This document shows positions 38,391 through 50,833 of a stretch of DNA of 64,000 bases, one piece after another (within the stretch, counting starts at the first letter, position 1; each line of letters begins with the position of its first letter). The notes under the pieces are model-generated. The model saw nothing but the letters and a program-made list of their open reading frames with translations, was not told the DNA's origin and searched no databases. The translations under genes and the position numbers were made by a program. The stretch comes from Massalongia carnosa (Eukaryota), in the NCBI GenBank assembly GCA_965645245.1, contig OZ287085.1, forward strand, positions 372,001-436,000, written 5' to 3'.

Positions 38391-39822
38391 CGAAGGATGA
38401 CGCTGAAAGTCCTTGCTAACGCTAAATATGCAGCTAAAAAAGCCACTTTACATGGGTATATTTGCATGGATAGATATTTATTAAATATCAATCCATCGAA
38501 TAATCGCATGAAGCTATTTAGAATTACCACCTCCATCATCTTTATCACTCACATTCATCGCTGTCAGTGCTTTCTCGTTTGAGATGAGCGCGATGATATC
38601 AAACACGGCGATCTTCTGTATTATACGGTCGTACGACTCCGATCTCTCTACCTTCTCTATACTCGTTACCTCCGTCCAACAATATCACCTTGTCAACATG
38701 TCGCTTTATACGTTCAATCCAGGACTGAATTCTTTTCTGCGTCAACTCCTCCGTCCAGCACTTTGTCCAGGCCATTTCAGCCTCAATACGAGTCCGCGGA
38801 GCACCTAATCGAGTGGTTCTTCGCTTCATCCAGAACCAACAAGGCTTGATCATGTTCAGATCAGGAGAGTTTCCAGGCCATAACAGACGCATGACGTTGA
38901 AATCCATAAAGATCAGATTTTGATGTTTGGATGCGTGGCTGGGCCTTGTCTTCCTGTTCGATAGTGTTTGGTCGATCTATCATACATTCTTTTGCAAACG
39001 GAAGAAGCTTAGGAATAAAGACGAGTTTTTGATAACGATACCAGTCCACTCCTCCCTTGCCATCTCGAACGACTTTACCGTGTGTTTTATCCCATTTCCA
39101 GATAGGTTTTCGACCTCCTGGATTACGTAGCTTCATTCGTCTCATGCTGGTTTCTAGCTCCCAATTCTCTTTAGCTTCTGATTCTAAAGTCTCATTGAGT
39201 TTATCTAACTCAATTTGAGCCTCTCTTTTCTCTTTTGCGGTCTCTGTTTTCCAGATATGAAAAGGTCCTTTCTTATCGTACGAAAAACAGCCCCAAAACA
39301 AAAACTCGGAGCATCCTTTCCATCTACGTCGAATACACGTTTTAGCATACATTTCTTTCGAGGTACGCCACTGAAGTCTTCTTCCACGTCTAGAACCCAA
39401 TATAATGCTTGTTTCGCCAGTCCATATAACGTTCTTCCAATCATCAATAGTCCAGTGCTGATATCGCAAACAAAATTGCAGACGAGCCTCTTTCATGATC
39501 GAATCTAGACCTGGCTTTTTCGTGCTTTTACAGGGGCGAAACCCATTCTGTTTAAAGCGTACGAAGCATAGTAGTGGAGGAGAGTTTATGATCAAAGCCA
39601 ATCATAGCTGATGATTTTTCTCTGCTATTTCGATCTTGGACTACATTATTCAATATAGCTTGCTCCACCTCCGGTGTAACCTTTTTAGGTCGTCCTGAAC
39701 GAGGTGCATCTTCTATATATTCTACTTTTAAAACACGAGATACAGCTGGATCATATCCACGCTGTCGTGCTTTGATTTTGAGAGCTGAAATCGATCTTGT
39801 GGAGACTCCAGTCACTGCTTGC
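38391..39822 (-). mobile_element. Tc1/mariner-type element, degenerate transposase, 5' end missing
   Basis: DAPRSGRPKK, WKNVIWTGETS, FWGCFSY, QEDKA, WPGNSPDLNMIK. Confidence 0.85.
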
Positions 39823-40321
39823 TTGCCTCAGTACCTCAGACGTGCGTGGCTCAATGAGCCGGCTAAGCCCCTCCGGGTTAGCCTATTTTCGCTAAGCCCC
39901 TTCGGGTTAGCGTCGCTGCTGACTAACATCAGTGCGATAGCACGTCTGAGCGCAAAACTCAAAATTACGGCCAGATCCGCGTAATAAAAATTTTAGCAGT
40001 GCAACCATTCCTTTTATGGATTTAATACAATGATTAGGGTCGTATTAGTTTACCAGAGACTGTATTTTATACCAAAAACGCACCTCTCAAGATGGATGAC
40101 TCGATAATCATGTGTTATAACTACTGTCAGGCTAAGAAAAGCGATGTGAAAGTCGATTAAGTGATAAATTGTTCGCTTTCGCTCAATTTTGAGGTTGATG
40201 AACTGATTATTTTCATGTGGCGCGATTACATTGAGTTACAAAGATCATGATGATATGAATAACGACGGCCAATCAATGGTATTGTATGATTTATCTAGAT
40301 TGAAGCTATCTGACGAAAGCC

Positions 40322-43000
40322 ATGGCTCTTGTCGGGGGCCCCTCCTCGCCACTTACCGACCTACGAACAAGTCCCTTGACTCCCGCCGGTGCGCTCAAGC
40401 GGCCCCACCCATCGCCGTCAGGCAGTAATGATAGCTCACCCTCTTCCTCCTCCCCTCCTGCCTTACCTGAAAAAAATGGAGGCGCGAAACGCCACCGCCG
40501 GCGCATATCAGATTACGACAAGCTGGTTGAGGTGCTTAAATTTCTGAGCTCTCTAAATTGGTCGGTAAAAGATTTTTTATCAACACTTTGTAAGAATCGA
40601 GCCCGTCATAGTATGCGAAAGGCGCAAGGCCAGCTCTTCGATTTTGTCTATGTCGATATTGTGCGGCAAGAAGACTTTTCAAGCCTCATTGGGCCTGGTA
40701 GAATATCCACTATCCTTCGCGAGAGAGGATGGGTTTGGGCCGCGGATGTGCTTCGTGAAGAAATCAAAGCTTTGGCAGATCACGCAGCCTTTGGCCCTTT
40801 CCAGCCGCCCTCTGCGACAGTCGAGTTTGGGACCTTGGAGGCTATTAAACTTGCTGCATCTGCCGCCAAGCAGTTGGCGCCACGATGGCTTGAGCTAATT
40901 GATAGTGTTTGTCGCGAGGCTCGCCCGCAGGAACCTCTCGATGTGACGTTGGATTCTCCCAGCGGCCGGCACACCGTTATATTGGCAATGCTTTGTCACA
41001 AATTGCGACCAAATAAGGCGACCAATATTCAGTCCGTCTTAGGCCTTTATATTTATCAAGGTGGGGCGAGGCGGCGAGTTCTAGATACACTCTGTCATTT
41101 TGACCTGACGATGTCATATACTACCCTGCAGCGGCGCATGTTGTCCTTGATTAAGGAGGCCGAACGAAAGGTTCAGATGCTAGGACAAGGCTCAAACATG
41201 ATCTTGACATACGATAACTTTGACTTCGCAGAAGGTAAACGAGGAGAGCGCACGGGGGATAATAGAGACGTCAGATCAATCACTACCGCTCTAATTTTCC
41301 AGGGGCAAGGATTCGATGCCGGCGCTTTGAGGCAGGATATGTGGCGCCCCGCCACGCATCTTTTATCAGCTGAAAGAATTGCGCGAAAGCTGGAGACTGG
41401 TGATCTCGAGATGCAGGTGAGTTCAATACAGGACGAGGTGTATATACCGCGCTCAATCGCTAATGCACCGCGTACCTAGATTCGTCTTCATCATCTAGAG
41501 TCAGCGATTCGAGCGCTTTATGGCCCAGAGATCGGCGACGTTCAACTTCCTTGGTCGACTGCAATGCCCGTGCTGAATAAGATGAAAAAATACAAGACCA
41601 ATTACATTCCTATCAAACCAGTCATGAAGGATGAGAGCACAACATCTAATAATATTCAAATATTGGAGGATATATTTGTGCGACAGTTCAAGTTCAAGGA
41701 GGATGACTCGACGTTTGCGAGCGTCATTCGGCTTATCTATGGTGACCTCAAGACATGGTCGAGAATGCAATCTGTCAAGGAATTACGTCGTGGGATATCG
41801 GAGCAATCTTTCGATCGGTTCGACTGGATTTTACCGGGATTAGGGTTATGGCATCTTCGCTTTAACATGCTGCAGCTTATTCATAAAATACATTGGGGAG
41901 AGGCCCAGCCGGTTGATCCTTCGACTCTTCAATATGCCGCCGATCGGTGGGGCCGCGCTCGTGTCGTGCAGCCGAACGATTTCCAGGCCTTAGAGGATCT
42001 GATCATTCAGAGCTATCAAGCTAGAATCGTTGGGACGTGGATTAGGTTTTTACGAAAGGATGGATATGCTCCGCAGCGAATCGAAGCAACTATTTCGTGG
42101 CTCACAGCGCAGACTTGCGGGCAGGATGGCACCTGGATGAATATGTTGGGCAGGATATCTCGCAAACTTCACGCGGAATTACCCTCAACGTCAATAGATA
42201 TGCTTCCTCCAACGCTTGATCAACAATTTCAGAATCATCAGAACTTCTGTGATCACGTTGAATCGTATCTAACACTTCGATACGCAATCAAATATGCGGA
42301 TATTGGACTACTTCGTCACGCATTGCGCCACGCAACGGTGATCTTTCAGGCAAGCGTAGCTGGCACCCCGAAATATGCGCAAGCTCTTCTATACACCCTT
42401 CATGCGATTGATTCTTCCGCAGCGACCATAAGGCTACAGGAAAGTATTTTAATGAATAGTCTTGTCAATTTACGCGGTGACGAAGAGCCGAGTTTTGAGA
42501 CTGATCGGCTTTTAGAGATACTAAACAATAACCTCAAGACGTTCCAGCACGAGCGATCTTATTTTTCAAAGTATAGTGACACCTTGCTCGAGAACTGGGC
42601 ACTCAACGGTCCATATCTTATGAAGCTCAAAGAAATCGTTGAGTTTCACTTTGGAAGAGTCAACTCTTCAAGGCATCCAGCAAAATCGGCCGCAGAGGAT
42701 GTGTGGGGCATGGCTACGGCACTAGCGCATAAATCACTCTGTAAAAGAAGCTATGATCGATTTTCAACTAATCCAACAGCTAATCTTTATGTTGAGGGAT
42801 TGAAGAAACTTGGAGAAAATGTATTAAAATACAATCAGCAGTATCTTTCCGAAGAAATTTCAAAAGAAATTTCAACAGACGACCTTGAGGGTAAGTATGA
42901 AGCCGAGCCCGATTTTGTCAATGAAACAAAGCAGGTCCCCGACAGCCCTGTCATTTCAATGGCCCGTCTCGAGATATCCGGCGGTATGTTTTTTGATTAA
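40322..43000 (+). CDS. Academ/DUF6589-like DDE transposase, ~870 aa, intron 41417-41479
   Basis: YDNFDF, YGDLKT, GLWHLRFN, DRLLEILN motifs; a GTGAGT...GCTAAT...TAG intron joins the two ORFs in frame. Confidence 0.75.
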
Positions 43001-43059
43001 ATCATCGATACCACGAGATAGCCTAGTCATGTAAATCCGCGCCGCGCGGCTTTACAGAG

Positions 43060-45304
43060 TCAGAGGTAGCGGACGGGGCACTTTCTTTCTTGTCTAGATC
43101 GTGTCGGAGGAAGGGCCATGGGTACATTCAGCGACAACGCTTCCATAGGATCTCGAGGCGCTTTTTTGGTCTTTGATGCCTTCATCGATGATTTAAGAGC
43201 ATCAACATTGTCAACAACGAGCGCCGCATCGGAGATATTGTGATTAGGCGCAGGATTCTCGCCCGATGGCTCCGTGCTCTCGCTTTCCTTCGAGACTTTC
43301 TTCTTGACCGCATTTCGCTTTTTAAAAACCTTTCTCGACATATATCCTTGTTTGATCATCCAGTTTTTCCTCCGTTCCTCAAATTCAATACTGGCGGAGT
43401 TGCATGTTAGGCTGGGTAATCGTTTTCTCTTTATGTCGTTGTGTCGTTTCCATTCCTCGAACATGTCTCCCTCGTCTAATCTCATTGCTTGACCCCGCTT
43501 TAAAATTTCTAAAAGCTCGGCGCCGTAGGGCCTAATACCAGTCCATGTGTTACCAATTCATCGCCGCATGGTGGGCTCGTCCACAATCTGATCCGCCCAA
43601 GTGGTCAAAGAATTCAGTACCTCATCGGGCATTATCAATGATGGGAAGTATCGCATATGTGAATTTGGGAACTTTTCCTGCGCCTTGGCCTCCCTCCATT
43701 CTCGAAGTTTAAGGGTGAACCAAGGCCGCCTAGACGAGTCACGCTCGGCCGTTCTATTTAACATCTCATTGGCGGCTGTTGATGTCTGAAAACTTGGATC
43801 GCAAATTGAACAGCAAGGTTGCGGCTTAACATAGGCCGACGTTGGATACACTTTATCATTGAAGAAATTCAAGCCAATACCTCGAACGCAACCATCTGAA
43901 GGCACATTGAATATCTCCCAAAGACCCGGTGGCATATCTCGTCGCCGATCAGCATCCTTTTGATTGATGCGGCGTTTACTGGCCTTGGATTCAATCTCGA
44001 TTCCCGCGTCATATCCGTCCTGTTCGTCCATTTTTGATCCGCTTCTTGGACCCATGCACCAAGAAGGATGCAAAAGAGTAAAATGCGCCTGTCCTCGACC
44101 GCAACGCGAAGCACGACCTAAACGTTGGTATAGCTTCGCCATTGACGAGGGTAGCAGCCATTGCGTAACTCTCATAACGTCTGGATTATCAATACCAAGC
44201 CCGTATGCATCCGTTGCGATCAGGATTCGAGGAAATTTACATTGATTCGAGGGCATTTCGAAGCGAGCCGCAATCCTTTCTTTGTCTTGGGTGGCCATGT
44301 CGGAAAAGAAAGGCGCGACCCAACTAGCAGCCTCAATTGGATAGGACAATTGATTCATCCATACTTTCATTAGCGCACACGCCTTTTTGATAGATGAAAT
44401 TGAATCCATGAAGATAATCGTTTTCGGAATATCAAAAGGACTCTCAGCCCGTGTTGGTAAAAGATGTTGAAGATCGATCATGCTGTTCATAGGCCGCTGT
44501 AGACTGCTTGTCTGTATGTATATCTCTGGACGATCAAGCGCTGTTTGAATAACAGTACTTTCGTTATCAAAGCCACAGCGATCTTTAACGCTCTCTAGGG
44601 TTCTTGGATCCAGCGTTGCAGACGCACCCAGAAAAGGAATACCATCTGGTAATCGTGTACGAAGCACACCGAGATTGAAGTATTCGGGCCGGAAATCTCG
44701 CCATTCGGATACAAGATGCATCTCATCAAGAGCTAAAAGACATAAATTCAAGAAGAAACTTGGATGCCTCAGAACCTCCTGATTAAACAGCTTTGACGTC
44801 GCTATCTCTGGGCTAGTAAAAACTATTCATATTAACGAGTAAGTTTTTATATTTATCTCAATCATAATTTGAATACACACCATGCGTATAATTGTTTTCA
44901 CGAATTAACTTTAAATTAGAAGAATTATTACTATCACCGTCCAACACGAAAGGCTTGCATCCCTCGATAACGTTCAATTTCTTGCACTGTTGAGCTTCTA
45001 AGGTCTTGAGAGGCATGATAATTAAAGCGATCTTAAGACAAGAGAACATTAATGGCATAGCTTGAAAGATAATACTCTTTCCAAATCCAGTCTTGGCGAT
45101 AAATATCAGATCCTTTTGATCTTGTGCTAAAGTCATGATAGCGTCAACTTGCTCATTCTTTGGATAAAAGCCGAATTTACTTAAAATCACGGTCGTCACC
45201 TGCTCGCGAGTTATCGACGCTATAGGATCGTCCATTTCGATGTGTTCGCGAGCGATATTCGACGATTCGCGAGTTGGATTCTTAGCCCGCAAAACGCACA
45301 TCAA
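43060..45304 (-). CDS. RecQ-like SF2 helicase, intron 44823-44880, one in-frame TGA at 43558-43560
   Basis: AKTGFGKS, FTSPE, DEMH..SEW..FRPEY, SAT, ATDAYGLGID, QRLGRASR, C..R..CCSIC Zn motif and an HRDC-like segment. Confidence 0.85.
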
Positions 45305-45825
45305 GCAAGTTCATCACATTCAACGATTTTAGGCTTTCGAAAACAACGCTCGGAGGATCAGATTAATGATCAGAAGCGCCGACAATGAAAAACTGGAGCT
45401 AGTGACCCGTTGAGTCTGCTGTGGTGGTGTCGAAATTTCGAGTCAAAGTCTCGTCCTCGTCGCGAGATCGATATTGCGACTCAATTTTGCATCGATATGT
45501 AATTAAAATATTGATTAATCGATAGAATGTATATCAAAGCATCATTTCTATTATTACATAATTTATGAAATGTCGTTGCGCGTTGTTGATTCCGCCGTCA
45601 ACTTGATTCTTGATGATTTTTGAGGTTAAGCCAAAAATTTGTATGAGCGCGCACCAAAACAAGCCGGATCTGACAAAAATACAGAGTTTTGCGCTCAGAC
45701 GTGCCGCCCGTAGCATGCGTAGTCAGCTAAAGGGCCGCTAACCCGAAGGGACTTAGCGAAAATAGGCTAACCCGGAGGGGCTTAGCCGGCTCATAGAGCC
45801 ACGCACGTCTGAGGTACTGAGGCAA

Positions 45826-46071
45826 ACATTTAAACTGATAAAAATTCTGCTTACTAATCATCATTTCTTGATGACTAATTTTCAGAATTTTTCAGAATTT
45901 TTCAGAATTTTAAGAATTTTCAAATGTGTTTAAAACGTCTAAAAAACATGTTTAAAAATGACATAAAAAATTGACCGGGTCGAACGGGTCAAACGGGTTA
46001 ACCCGGGAACGGTTCCCCAACCCAGCGAGTTGAGCCATACAGGTTCCCCAACCCGACCCGTTGCGCGGCGT
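45826..46071. mobile_element. Probable hAT-like terminal fragment with ACCCG/CGGGT subterminal repeats
   Basis: Clustered CGGGT/ACCCG motifs ending ...CCCGTTGCGCGGCGTA; no coding part. Confidence 0.35.
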
Positions 46072-46235
46072 ATATATTGTCATTATAGCTCCAAAAAGAA
46101 CGCCCAAAGTATCTCTATTTATCTTCATCACAAAATTTAGAACCCAGCAATACATTGACCGAGAGAGAGCCAGAAAGCGAATAAAAAGTCTATTCAAAAA
46201 GATGAACAGTTGGCACAGCTTGTGAACGCAAAGGT

Positions 46236-47968
46236 CTACTTCGTCATGAACCGTATGAAAGATAACAAATCTATAATCATCCGCATAGTTACCGCAGCAA
46301 AAAATGGTAAAATGTTGTTTGAATTACGAGGTTGCTTTTTGCAAGTCCAGCTATCTTTTGCATAGTACAGTGACAAATTTAGTGGAAAGGAACGTCCGTT
46401 GATGAAGGGGCAGCCATGAAAGAAAGTCAGAAAGAATATTCCTTGCTTCTGGAATTGACCCGGACTGTCACTCGCCCGGCAGTCGCCACCCGCGCATAGC
46501 CCCCAAAATCCGATCAATTGAAACTCTGCCGTTTTCTGGATATGTGCCTTCGAAACAGGGTTGTACTCATGGTAGTCTTGCTGTTTCAGAGTTACTGGCT
46601 GTAGACTGAGGTCATTAGTTGGCACGCCCCTGAAAAAAAACTGGCGATGTGTAGGCGACTTTACCCCATTAAAATCCCCCCCTGTTCATCAACCATCCAC
46701 ACCAACATGCCTCGTAAGCAACGTGCAACTCACTACGATACTCCCATTCGAGCTAAACTTCAAGGAATTTATGAATATATTCTTGATGAAGGCATCGTAC
46801 ATGATCCACAAAATCTTTTCAAGAAGTATGGCGGTTCGGAACGAGCTGGCTACAGAATTATTCGCAAAGGAGCTTCGACACGGACTCGTCATCATATAGA
46901 GCTTATAGAAACGCGAGGAAGACGATCAAAAATCATAGGCGAGTAAGTACGAGAGGCTGATCGGCTGTTTCAGGAGGATGAGCTACAACTCGAAGGAAAA
47001 CGCTTGACATGGGAACAAGTTGCGATGGAAGTTGGAGCAGATGTTGTGGGTCGTACAATGCATAACGTGCTACGTGCTGCATTGAATTACGAGAAATGTC
47101 TAGCCTGCGTCAAAGGATGGCTGGCCGACCCTCCTATGCAAAACGGGTGGAATACGCTCATATAATGCTGGCCAAATATCCTAAACCTGAAGATTGGTAT
47201 TGAGTACGATTTAGTGACGAAGTTCATTTCTCCTACGGGCCCGAGGGCAAATTACGCATTATACGTCAGTCAGGCACACGCTATAGATGGGATTGTATAC
47301 AACATCGTGATGCGCCAGCGGAGAAAGATCGAAAGAGACTGCATTGTTGGGCGGCTGTAGGCCACAACTTCAAGTCGGATATTATATTCTACGAAGTGCC
47401 AGGCAACAGCAATGGCAAGATGACGCATCAAGTATACATTAACTCACTACTTGAGCCCGTTGTCAAGCCGTGGCTAGATCGAGGGGATGATTTTGTGCTC
47501 GAAGAAGATGGTGATTCCGGGCATGGCACAGGCAGGACGAGAAACGCAGTCAAGAAATGGAAGGAGGATCATCGTTTAGAGCATTATTTCAACTGCTCTT
47601 CTTCACCTGATTTGGCTCCTATTGAAAACAGCTGGCAGCCCACAAAGGAGCATATTAAAAAGTATCCTCATTGGGACGAAGCGAGCTTAAAAGCATTGAT
47701 TTGTGAGGGCTGGGCGACAGTCAGTCAGGAGTTTATTAATGAGAGAGTACGATCAATGCCTCAACGGCTAAAGGACGTCATCTCAGCCGAGGGGGCCATG
47801 ACTGGTCATTAATTTGATGTAAATAGCTTTCAATTGACTGGTTATCGCAATGTAAAGGTGAAATGTTGATAAAAAGGGGTAAAATTTAATGGGGTAAGCT
47901 CGCTTACACGTTGCCAGTTTTTTTTTCAGGGCCGTGGTTGGATAGAAATCCTGGTTCTGTTGATTCAT
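46236..47968 (-). pseudogene. Small ORF (MNQQNQDFYPT|NDLSLQ...) interrupted by the 46623-47936 element
   Basis: The frame is restored when the element and one GTTGG copy are removed. Confidence 0.45.
46623..47936 (+). mobile_element. Complete Tc1/mariner-like (DD38E) element with ~55-bp TIRs and a 5-bp flanking repeat GTTGG; transposase has stops and a frameshift
   Basis: TIR CACG(C/G)CCCTGAAAAAAAACTGGC; VRFSDEVHF, EEDGDSGH, SPDLAPIE. Confidence 0.85.
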
Positions 47969-48027
47969 ACTGTCTTGGCGTTATTTGCTTTTGCCACTAT
48001 ACCGAGGTTAATTCTCTTACCCGATAT

Positions 48028-48324
48028 GATTTTTATTTAATTTATTTATTCATTAAGCGTATGCATCCTTAGGATATGACGCTGTGACTGCTATTCATGT
48101 ACATAAACAACAGTCAGGAAGTGGAAACCTGGCCCCCAGGGTAAAACCACTCCCTTTTATTTCATATTGAACGCAACGAGATCGCTCTTCTACCACGCGG
48201 TGCATACACCCAGATCTTCAAGCGCTAGGAATCCTATAGACCCGATGAACTAGACAGTATATCTCCACACGTTCGACGAACATTCTCTCTCTTTAACCGT
48301 TTTGACTCAATAGATGATAAACTG
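48028..48324 (-). mobile_element. Second copy of the LINE 3' fragment seen at 141-690
   Basis: Close similarity to 155-434, with an A-rich tail on the minus strand. Confidence 0.8.
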
Positions 48325-50833
48325 CGGCACGATTTCTGAACATCCGAAAGAGCTTTTCTAGCTCGCTCCTGGCCCCGAGGTAAACATCCGAGTAGCCGGT
48401 GGCTTCGTCGGTAAAGGACACAAAATACTTGGTCCCTTGGTTATTGGGCACCCGATATGGACCCCAAAAGTCTGAATAGACTCGTTCCAGACGGCGGGTA
48501 GCCCGTTCTGGTGGGTTTCGGTTGATTATTCGAGTCATTTTCGTCTGAGTACATGTGATGCATTTGCATTCCTTCTCATGGTCATGTAACTTGGCTCCCA
48601 CTCCATTAGTGGCTTCATGGAGGGCAGTGAGTCTGTATGCTCCCACGTGCCCCATGCGGCCATGCCATAGTAGGTATGGGTCTCCTTCTAATTGGGACCG
48701 AGTGCTAATTGCTTTTTTGTTGTCTTTTGCAGTTTCTGGCATTCTTGGCAAATTCTGATTTCCGGAAGATCTTTCGCTGATATTTGGATCAGAAGTAATA
48801 GGGATTTCTTCCTCGGGATCCTCAGTGGCTATCAGGGCCACTCCGCTTCCTACGGATCGGAGCAGGTACGTGTTTCCCACCAAAAACCCGGTGGCGAGGC
48901 AGGTACCTCTCCACAAAATTTCGACGCAACTCAATCCAAACCTCACAATCATTCCTCTAGCTTGTAATGCCGAAATTGACAAAAAATTCGCATCCAGCTC
49001 AGGTACGTATAACACTTCTGTGAGTTTGAACTTCTTATCCTCCAGCTCCACAGCCACATCACCTTTACCAGGTGATTTAATCTTTACCCCATTAGCTATC
49101 GTCACCCAACTTACCTGCAGTGTAAAGTTTGTGGATAGTTTTCGATTGGCCGTCATATGGCGACTGGCCCCTGAGTCAATAATCCACTCATTCGGGGGTA
49201 TTACTTTGGAAGTGAGTTTTGCCACTCTAGCAAAACTCTTAGGGGAGGAGCACTTCTAGGAAGTGCGATAGCGCGCCTCATTGTTGACGTAGTCGGTGTA
49301 ATCCTCATCGTCGCTCTGGTCCACGTGGTCAATGGCCATGCGACCGTACACTGACTCGTCGTCGCTATCCTCACTGTCGCTGTCCCTTGTGCCGGATGCT
49401 TTGCGTGCAAGGTGACCTCCTCGGCCCTTGCCACGTTTGCCATCCCTTAACTTTTCCTCTCCCTTACCTCCGTCCTTGGCTTTCTTGCCCTTTGATTGGG
49501 CCGTGCTGGCGGTATATTCATTGTAGGCCTTGCCTTCGTCACTGGCAAGCCATTCAAAACACTTGGTTTTCACGTGACCAGGTTTCTTGCAGTGGTAACA
49601 TTTCCCCTTAAACTTATAGTGCTTGGCGGAGACCTTATTAGCGATTTCATAGGGGTCCCCGCGTTATCTCTGGCCATCTGCTCGATTTCCTTATATTTTT
49701 CAATCACCTTCCGAAACGTGAGGTTTTCCAAGTCGTTTAATTGCAATTTCACCGCATTATACCGCTCGTGATCCACCGAATCCATTAGGACTAGGGCCAT
49801 CATGATATCGGATGGCTTCACCTCTGGGTTGATGTTTGCGATGGTATCTCTCATATCTTCTAGCTCTGCTGCAGTCTCATCCACTCCTTCCTCTGCCTTG
49901 GCCTTATGCGTATGAAATCGGCGGAGCATGGGGACCAAGCGTGTTCTGGAGTCTTTGCCGTGAATTTCCTTCTGGGCATCCCATACCCCTTTGGCAGACT
50001 GCCGCAGTTGCACATGCTTCTGCTGCCTTTCATCCATGGCTCCCATGAGGATGGTGATTGCTGTGGCATCATCAAAGATCCACGAGTCTCTATCCAAAGG
50101 CATGCTTCCTGGTGGTTCGAGTATCTCTCCACTGACTACTTTCCAGAACCCTTTGGCAATTAAGTGCACCTTCAAAAGGTGGGGCCACAGCCTGTAGTTG
50201 TCGCTAGTAAGTTTTGGCAGTTTTACTTCACCTTTCACACCGGCACCCCTTTTATATCCCCCATCAATGGCTGTCATAGCTGCTAGGCCCTTGTCCTTTG
50301 ATGAGGAGGCCTTGCTAGCCTCGGGGGTGGTGGATGCCCTCATGGCACCTCCGGTATCTTGGCTGTCTTCTGAGGCAGACATTTTGGTGGTGAAGGAGTT
50401 GTCCTATTCGAGTGCCGAAATGGATAGCTAGGAGTTCAAACAAGCACACGGGCTATATCCCCTAAGGTAAAAGATCTAGTGAAAAATACTCCTGGATTTG
50501 AATAGAGTGCTATACGGGCTCATAACCTGTTGAACAAAAATATCTCGGCAAATTCCAATAGACTTCACTTTACAATTGCATGGAACATTCTATGGGAATC
50601 TATAATTCCGCTATTATCACACGACAAGGTCCCTGCGACGAACGCGATGGAAGTTTCTCGAAGACTCCATGACAGCCATATTCGGTGTTTATATTTGGGC
50701 AAATAATTCCACCTCTTTCTTTCTTAGATATTTCAGTTGGTTAAGTTCAATTTAGTTATAGAGAGCTTCAAGCGCAGCATATCAGCCTTTTCGTTGATTC
50801 AGTGCAGCTCCCTCAGCCCCTTTTATTTCAACA
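48325..50833 (-). mobile_element. Ty1/copia 5' half: LTR 50528-50833, PBS, gag (frameshifted), protease, partial integrase
   Basis: TGTTGAA...TTCAACA LTR; GGTTATGAGCCC; CYHCKKPGHVKTKC; WIIDSGASRHMT; WHGRMGH; YSDFWGP. Confidence 0.9.

Larger units (their letters stand above)
39823..45825. mobile_element. AcademH-like DNA transposon: ~140-bp imperfect TIRs enclosing a transposase gene and a RecQ-like helicase gene
   Basis: TTGCCTCAGTACCTCAGACGTGCGTGGCTC...GCACGTCTGAGCGCAAAACTC is inverted at 39823-39960 and ~45684-45825; two convergent genes fill the interior. Confidence 0.8.
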
